Below, one piece after another: positions 58,695 to 64,000 of a DNA stretch of 64,000 nt (position 1 is its first letter; each line of letters starts with the position of its first letter). This stretch comes from an uncultured Phascolarctobacterium sp. Lineage in GTDB: Bacteria > Bacillota > Negativicutes > Acidaminococcales > Acidaminococcaceae. The notes under the pieces are model-generated. The model had not been told where the DNA came from and searched no databases. It worked only from the letters and a program-made list of their open reading frames with translations. A program made the position numbers and the translations under genes. The stretch lies in NCBI RefSeq assembly GCF_900545535.1, contig NZ_UQZN01000010.1; one strand, given 5' to 3'.

Positions 58695-60009
58695 CAGTTT
58701 CTGCTGCAGCACCATCCTCAGTCAGTCTGGTCGCTTTCACTCTCGTCACCCTGAAGCCCTCTGCTTCAGTGACCTCAAAACGCCAGCCATCTGTGACGAC
58801 CCTGTCACCTTCTTCAGGCTTACGCCCTAAAAGTCCAAAGACAAAACCGCCGATGGTGTCTTCCTCCGGTTCGTCAAATTCAATATTTAAAAGTTCAGAA
58901 ATCTCGTCCAGCAGGACCAGACCGTCAAATTCATAACTGTCGTCACCTAAACGCAGAATATCTGCTGTTTCTTCCTCATCATGCTCGTCCTGAATATCGC
59001 CGACGATCTCTTCCAAAAGGTCTTCCATTGTCACAAGTCCGGCCGTGCCGCCGTATTCATCGGCAACTACCGCGATCTGGATCCTTTTGTGCTGCATCAT
59101 CTGCAGTACTTTAGCTGTCGACATACCTTCGGGGACCACAACGATATTGCGCATGATCGTCCGCAGATCAAAGGCAGGATCGTACCCGTCATCCAGGTCC
59201 ATCAGATCACGCACGTGAATAACGCCTAAAACATGATCTTTGTCTTCCATACACAAAGGATAACGCGTGTGCCTGCTTTCGCGCACAGCCTGCAGATTCT
59301 CCTGCAGCGTATCATCAGTATACAGGCAAATCATATCCTGCCGCGGCACCATTACTTCACGCGCTACACGGTCAGCAAAATCGAAAACATTATCGATCAG
59401 GCGGCTTTCCATATGGTCAAGCTTACCGCCGCGTTCGCTGGCGCTGACGATCATTCGCAGTTCGTCTTCACTGCGTGAAATATCTTCGTCAGGAACAGGA
59501 TCAACTCCCAACAGGCACAATACCGCATGGGCTATACGGTTAAACAGCACTACCAGCGGATATAAAAGATAATGGAAAAAGACCAACGGATAAGCAACCG
59601 CCATCGCCACCTGCTCGACCTTGCCCAAAGCGATAGTGCGCGGCACCAGTTCGCCGAAAACAACATGCAGGAAAACGATGATCAGAAAAGCACAGGCAAA
59701 AACCAGCGAATGATCATACCAGCTTCCGGTACTGATACCAAAAAAGCCACGGAACATTCCCGCCAGAAGCGGGCCGCCAAACCAGCCCAAAAGCAGCGAT
59801 GAAGCAGTGATACCAAGCTGAGTCGCACTCAGATAAGTATCAAGCTTTTCACTCATTTTCAAAACTGTGCCGGCTCTGCTTTTGCCCTGCTGAATCAATT
59901 CCTCCAGCCTGCTTTTTCTGATTCTGACCAGAGAATATTCAGCCATAACAAAAAAGCCGTTCAACAAAGTGATCAATAATGCGATAGACAGCTCCAGTAA
60001 GCATGTCAA
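58687..60009 (-). CDS. HlyC/CorC-family transporter (DUF21 TM domain plus CBS pair plus CorC_HlyC)
   Basis: N-terminal DUF21 TM region (LLITLLNGFFVMAEYSLVRIRKSRLEEL). CBS domains. C-terminal transporter-associated domain. Confidence 0.8.
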   Translation of the reverse strand: MTCLLELSIALLITLLNGFFVMAEYSLVRIRKSRLEELIQQGKSRAGTVLKMSEKLDTYLSATQLGITASSLLLGWFGGPLLAGMFRGFFGISTGSWYDHSLVFACAFLIIVFLHVVFGELVPRTIALGKVEQVAMAVAYPLVFFHYLLYPLVVLFNRIAHAVLCLLGVDPVPDEDISRSEDELRMIVSASERGGKLDHMESRLIDNVFDFADRVAREVMVPRQDMICLYTDDTLQENLQAVRESRHTRYPLCMEDKDHVLGVIHVRDLMDLDDGYDPAFDLRTIMRNIVVVPEGMSTAKVLQMMQHKRIQIAVVADEYGGTAGLVTMEDLLEEIVGDIQDEHDEEETADILRLGDDSYEFDGLVLLDEISELLNIEFDEPEEDTIGGFVFGLLGRKPEEGDRVVTDGWRFEVTEAEGFRVTRVKATRLTEDGAAAETDE

Positions 60010-60111
60010 AGCGGGGTCGCCGTCGATAGGTCATCTCTCCTTACTTTTCATAAACTTAATAAATTGATATTGGCATAAGCATACCATATCACTGCAAACT
60101 GCGTCAACAAA

Positions 60112-61017
60112 TCAGCCTTCGTAGCCAAATTGCTTCAAGGCCTTGTCTTTATTGCGCCAGTCAGGTTTTACTTTTACCCATAGATCAAGAAACACTTTAT
60201 TGCCAAGCAGCGATTCAATATCTCTGCGGGCCTGTTCCCCGATTTTTTTCAGCAGACTGCCTTTGGCGCCGATAACGATCCCCTTTTGGGATTCACGTTC
60301 TACAAAAATATTGGCGCGAATATAAATATCGTCATTATCGCGCACCTTGAATTCATCGATCTCCACCGCAATGGAATGCGGCACCTCGTCACGCGTCAGG
60401 CGCAGTACCTTTTCACGAATCATTTCCGCAGCGATCACCCGTTCCGGCTGGTCAGTGATCATATCCTCAGGGAAATAAGCCGGCCCCTCCGGCAAATACC
60501 TGGTGATCTCAGTTACCAGTCCCGGGAACTCCGTGTCCTGCAACGCAGATACCGGCACTACTGCCGCAAAAGTAAAATCTTTGGTATAGCTTTCGATAAT
60601 ACTGAAAAGCTTGCCTTTATCAGCCAGTTTATCGATCTTATTCGCGACCAGAATAACCGGAGTTTTCACTTTGCGCAGCTGCTCAAGGATATAATCCTCG
60701 CCGGCGCCGCGCTTTTCTGAAACATCCACGACAAACAGGATCACATCTACCTCGTGCAGCGTGCTTTCAGCAGCACGCACCATATACTGTCCCAGCTTAT
60801 GCTGAGGCTTATGGATACCCGGCGTATCTAAAAACATGATCTGGGCATTGTCAGTATTCATAATGCACATGATCTTATTGCGCGTCGTCTGCGGGCGGTC
60901 GCTCATGATCGCGATCTTCTCACCGATCAGGCCATTCGTCAGCGTTGATTTTCCTACGTTCGGGCGGCCAACAATAGCCGCAAAACCAGAATAGTGTTTG
61001 TTTTCCTGCTTATTTAT
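60112..61017 (-). CDS. era: GTPase Era; the full-length frame, including the G1 P-loop, has no canonical start codon
   Basis: KH domain at the C-terminus. G motifs DTPG, NKID. The G1 motif GRPNVGKST lies upstream of the first ATG. The open frame extends to an in-frame TGA with only ATA/ATT candidates, after SD AAAGGAG. Confidence 0.65.
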   Translation of the reverse strand: MNKQENKHYSGFAAIVGRPNVGKSTLTNGLIGEKIAIMSDRPQTTRNKIMCIMNTDNAQIMFLDTPGIHKPQHKLGQYMVRAAESTLHEVDVILFVVDVSEKRGAGEDYILEQLRKVKTPVILVANKIDKLADKGKLFSIIESYTKDFTFAAVVPVSALQDTEFPGLVTEITRYLPEGPAYFPEDMITDQPERVIAAEMIREKVLRLTRDEVPHSIAVEIDEFKVRDNDDIYIRANIFVERESQKGIVIGAKGSLLKKIGEQARRDIESLLGNKVFLDLWVKVKPDWRNKDKALKQFGYEG

Positions 61018-61046
61018 ACTAATCGCTCCTTTATTTATACTTAACT

Positions 61047-61442
61047 TTATTTTTCAAGCTCCAAAGCTTCCGGGCCAAAACCATACGGCAGCAGCTCTGC
61101 CACTGTCATGATCTTTGTCAGACCCTTACAATTTGCCAGAATTATTTTTTCAAACGGAAACTCTGCCAGTACCTGACGACAGGCACCGCAGGGAGCCACC
61201 GGCTCCTCCGTATCCGCAACCACGCACAGGGCTTTGAAGCTACGGGCGCCGCTGCCGATAGCGGCAAAGACCGCATTACGTTCTGCGCAGCAAGTCAGGC
61301 CATAGGAAGCATTTTCAACATTACAGCCCGTAAAGATATGGCCATCAGCAGTTTCTACTGCCGCTCCGACTTTAAATTTAGAATAAGGCGCATAGGCATT
61401 TTCACGCGCAGCCAGCGCCGCTGCTAACAACTTCTTGTCCAT
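61047..61442 (-). CDS. cdd: Cytidine deaminase
   Basis: Zinc-binding CAERNA ... PCGACRQ motifs. 131 aa. Confidence 0.9.
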   Translation of the reverse strand: MDKKLLAAALAARENAYAPYSKFKVGAAVETADGHIFTGCNVENASYGLTCCAERNAVFAAIGSGARSFKALCVVADTEEPVAPCGACRQVLAEFPFEKIILANCKGLTKIMTVAELLPYGFGPEALELEK

Positions 61443-61453
61443 AGCCGCTCCTT

Positions 61454-61939
61454 TTACTGCCCCAGAAATTCTTCCGAAAGCCTGATCTCCCTTAAAGCTT
61501 CTTCTTCTTTAGCACGCATCACTGCTTTATCCTCGTCAGTCATATGGTCATAGCCCAGAAGATGCAGCAGGCCGTGTACGGCTAAATAAACGATTTCGCG
61601 TTCCAATCCATGTCCAAATTCTTCCGCCTGTCTGGCGGCCGTTTCGGCGCTGATAATGATATCTCCTAAAAGATGCTCTTCCGGCCCTCCTAAAAGCTCC
61701 GGTTCATCTTCGCCTGCTTCGTCAAGCGCAAAGGACAGCACGTCCGTCGGCCTGTCAACATTACGGTAATCACGGTTCAGCATATGTATTTCTTCATCAT
61801 CAACGATAGTGATATCCACTTCGGTCTGACCGGACAGCCTGTGCAGCCTCGCTACTACATTCAGTCCATCAGTCAGCAGCTGCTCCAGTTCAGCACTGAT
61901 CCGCAGCTTCTCCTGGTCATTTTCCAGCGTTATTATCAT
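61454..61939 (-). CDS. ybeY: Endoribonuclease YbeY (rRNA maturation factor)
   Basis: HGLLHLLGYDH metal-binding motif. SD GGGAGG before MIITLEND. Confidence 0.85.
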   Translation of the reverse strand: MIITLENDQEKLRISAELEQLLTDGLNVVARLHRLSGQTEVDITIVDDEEIHMLNRDYRNVDRPTDVLSFALDEAGEDEPELLGGPEEHLLGDIIISAETAARQAEEFGHGLEREIVYLAVHGLLHLLGYDHMTDEDKAVMRAKEEEALREIRLSEEFLGQ

Positions 61940-62927
61940 TGTCTGCCTCCCGCTGTTTCTGCCGCCGGCTGTCATAATTTTCATAGGCCCTGATAATAGC
62001 CGCTACGATCTCATGACGCACGACATCAGCCTCACCAAAACGAATAATACCTACCCCCGGCGTTTTCTGCAAGACGTAAGCGGCCTGTTTTAAGCCGCTG
62101 TTTTTACCGCTTGGTAAGTCTATCTGCGTAATATCGCCGGTGATCACCATTTTCGAACCAAAGCCAAAACGCGTCAAAAACATCTTCATTTGTTCCGGCG
62201 TCGTATTCTGCGCCTCATCAAGAATAATAAAGGAATCGTTCAAAGTACGTCCGCGCATATAAGCTAAAGGCGCAACCTCGATCGTCCCTCTGGCAACATA
62301 CTTCTGAAAAGTTTCGCTGCCCAGCATATCGTATAACGCATCATACAGCGGACGCAGATAAGGATCGACCTTGTCCTGCATATCCCCCGGCAAAAAGCCG
62401 AGTTTTTCTCCCGCTTCAACAGCAGGGCGCGTCAAAACGATTCGTTCAACCTCTTTATTTTTCAGCGCTTTCACCGCTAAAGCGACCGCCAGATAGGTTT
62501 TGCCCGTACCGGCAGGACCGATACCGATAGTAACATTACTGCGCTTGATGGTTTCGACATATTCCCACTGGCCCAGAGTCTTCGCTTTGACCTGGCGGCC
62601 TCGGTTCGTAACGATTATCGTATCGGCATACATACGGTGCAGACTTTCCAGACGCCCTTCCGCGATCATGCGTATACTGTATCTGACATCGTGCGTCGTC
62701 AGCGGCATTCCCTGGCGGTACAAAAAGAGCAGTTCCTTGAACAGCGTTTCGATCTGCCCCACTTCGTTATCTTCGCCGCTGAAAACGATCACATTGCCGC
62801 GCGCAACGATAACGCTGTCATAATGCTCCTTGATAACACGCAGCAGCTCGTCGTTACGGCCTAAAATGCCCACCATTTCCTGTTGGTCCTGTACTTCAAT
62901 GATCCGTTCACTCTGTAAAAAGGACAA
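61917..62927 (-). CDS. PhoH-like ATPase (PhoH/YbeZ family)
   Basis: Walker A GPAGTGKTYLAVALAV. Conserved PhoH body. In the phoH-ybeY-(cdd)-era neighbourhood typical of Firmicutes. Confidence 0.85.
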   Translation of the reverse strand: MSFLQSERIIEVQDQQEMVGILGRNDELLRVIKEHYDSVIVARGNVIVFSGEDNEVGQIETLFKELLFLYRQGMPLTTHDVRYSIRMIAEGRLESLHRMYADTIIVTNRGRQVKAKTLGQWEYVETIKRSNVTIGIGPAGTGKTYLAVALAVKALKNKEVERIVLTRPAVEAGEKLGFLPGDMQDKVDPYLRPLYDALYDMLGSETFQKYVARGTIEVAPLAYMRGRTLNDSFIILDEAQNTTPEQMKMFLTRFGFGSKMVITGDITQIDLPSGKNSGLKQAAYVLQKTPGVGIIRFGEADVVRHEIVAAIIRAYENYDSRRQKQREADNDNNAGK

Positions 62928-62947
62928 ATTCGTGCTCCTTTCCTGCG

Positions 62948-63520
62948 TTACCCCTCTTTAATAATAATAGTTTTGATCGTTACCGGCTCAAGCGGCTTAT
63001 CATTGCCGTCAGTCTGTACTTTGCCGATTTTATAAACAACATTCATGCCTTTAATGACTTTGCCAAACACAGCGTGCTTACCGTCCAGCCAGGGACAGGC
63101 ACGCAGAGTGATAAAAAACTGACTGCCGCCCGTATTCGGCCCGGCATTGGCCATCGAAAGAATACCTGCGCCTTCATGCGTCAGCTTACTGCTGAATTCG
63201 TCTTTGATAGTATAACCCGGGCCGCCTGTACCTGTTCCGGTAGGATCACCGCCCTGGATCATAAAATTATCAATGACACGATGAAAAGTAACGCCATTAT
63301 AAAAACCTTTTTTAGCCAGCTCAATAAAATTCTCACAGGTTTTAGGCGCCAGCTCAGTTGCCAATTTAACTTCAAAAGTGCCCATAGAGGTTTCAAAAAC
63401 AGCAGTTGCCGGCTTCAGCGGTACCGCAGCAGGCTCATTTTTAGTTTCACTGCCGCAGGCAATCACACTGAAGCTGCAGAAAATCACTAAGCATAATATC
63501 AATAATTTTTTCAAAATCAT
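62948..63520 (-). CDS. Cyclophilin-type peptidyl-prolyl cis-trans isomerase, lipoprotein
   Basis: Lipobox VIACGS. Cyclophilin core [25 protein letters not shown]...[17 protein letters not shown]. Confidence 0.85.
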   Translation of the reverse strand: MILKKLLILCLVIFCSFSVIACGSETKNEPAAVPLKPATAVFETSMGTFEVKLATELAPKTCENFIELAKKGFYNGVTFHRVIDNFMIQGGDPTGTGTGGPGYTIKDEFSSKLTHEGAGILSMANAGPNTGGSQFFITLRACPWLDGKHAVFGKVIKGMNVVYKIGKVQTDGNDKPLEPVTIKTIIIKEG

Positions 63521-63656
63521 ATCCTCCTGTTTATAGCTATTAATATTATACCACAAGGGTATGTATGTGTGCTAAATTCGTAAAGACCTCATTAAGCACC
63601 CAAACGATACCACAAGGGCATGTATTCTCACTAGGCTCGAAAATATGCCAGTATTT

Positions 63657-64000
63657 TCATCCCAGCCTGTCTTTCAGCCAAGCGACCACCTCTGCCGCAG
63701 CTTTATTCCCATGATTAGTAAAGCTGTGGTCGCCGCCGTTGATAAGCACCAGCTTTTTGGGGACTCCAGCCAGTGCAAAGGACAACCGCGCCTGCTCTAC
63801 AGTTACAGTTTCGTCTTTTTCCCCATGCAGAATCAGCAAAGGCCGCTTCCGCCAGTTACGCAAAAGAACCTGCAGATCATACCTGGCAAAATCTGTCAGA
63901 AAATCAGGCGTTAAAGCCAGCTCTCCCCGTTCATCGTTTAAATACAGCGTCTGTCCTGCAAGTAAAGCATCGTAGTTTTCATCACCAAGAGCCTTTCTAA
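63657..64000 (-). CDS. Alpha/beta-hydrolase (dienelactone-hydrolase/peptidase S9-like), N-terminus beyond the window end
   Basis: Minus-strand frame is open from 64000 to the stop at 63657. C-terminal motifs PLLILHGEKDETV and GGDHSF (catalytic Asp/His region). Confidence 0.6.
   Translation of the reverse strand, partial: RKALGDENYDALLAGQTLYLNDERGELALTPDFLTDFARYDLQVLLRNWRKRPLLILHGEKDETVTVEQARLSFALAGVPKKLVLINGGDHSFTNHGNKAAAEVVAWLKDRLG

Overview
This 64 kb window looks like a diderm Firmicute (Negativicutes-type) chromosome. Gram-positive-style regulation (a T-box leader on glyQS, a PyrR-type attenuator on the pyr operon, SD-coupled operons) sits alongside outer-membrane machinery: several TonB-dependent receptors (TBDRs), an OmpH/Skp chaperone, an autotransporter and TonB-ExbB-ExbD.

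Almost every gene is on the minus strand. Bases 1 to 36,000 are an accessory region dominated by tetrapyrrole/corrinoid-type uptake modules. It contains four clear cobalamin riboswitches (two in tandem) and a fifth divergent candidate. It contains four BtuB-like TBDRs and three lipoprotein BtuF/FecB-class binding proteins, with no ABC permease or ATPase anywhere in the window.

The most notable feature is two paralogous, translationally coupled pairs of nitrogenase-like NifD/NifK-family (Oxidored_nitro) genes. Each pair lies in the arrangement TBDR, binding protein, D-like, K-like, each has a divergent MerR/GyrI-like regulator, and there is no NifH-like partner in the window. This looks like an uncharacterised nitrogenase-like reductase coupled to TonB-dependent import, most parsimoniously acting on an imported tetrapyrrole.

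Other unusual items:
- A 1732-aa ORF that fuses a complete classical autotransporter (passenger plus beta-barrel) in frame to a BtuB-like TBDR. It sits behind tandem cobalamin riboswitches and carries a poly-G(9) tract in its signal-peptide codons.
- A four-gene cluster with an active CHAT (caspase-like) protease, a catalytically dead paralog, a leaderless cell-wall amidase and a secreted protein.

Bases 39,500 to 64,000 are ordinary core genes: a LysR regulator, an AlkA-like glycosylase, tRNA-Asp, tRNA-Gly and tRNA-Trp, then pyrB-pyrC-carA-carB-pyrK-pyrD-pyrF-pyrE, ppsA, glyQS, recO, a CorC/HlyC protein, era, cdd, ybeY, phoH and ppiB.
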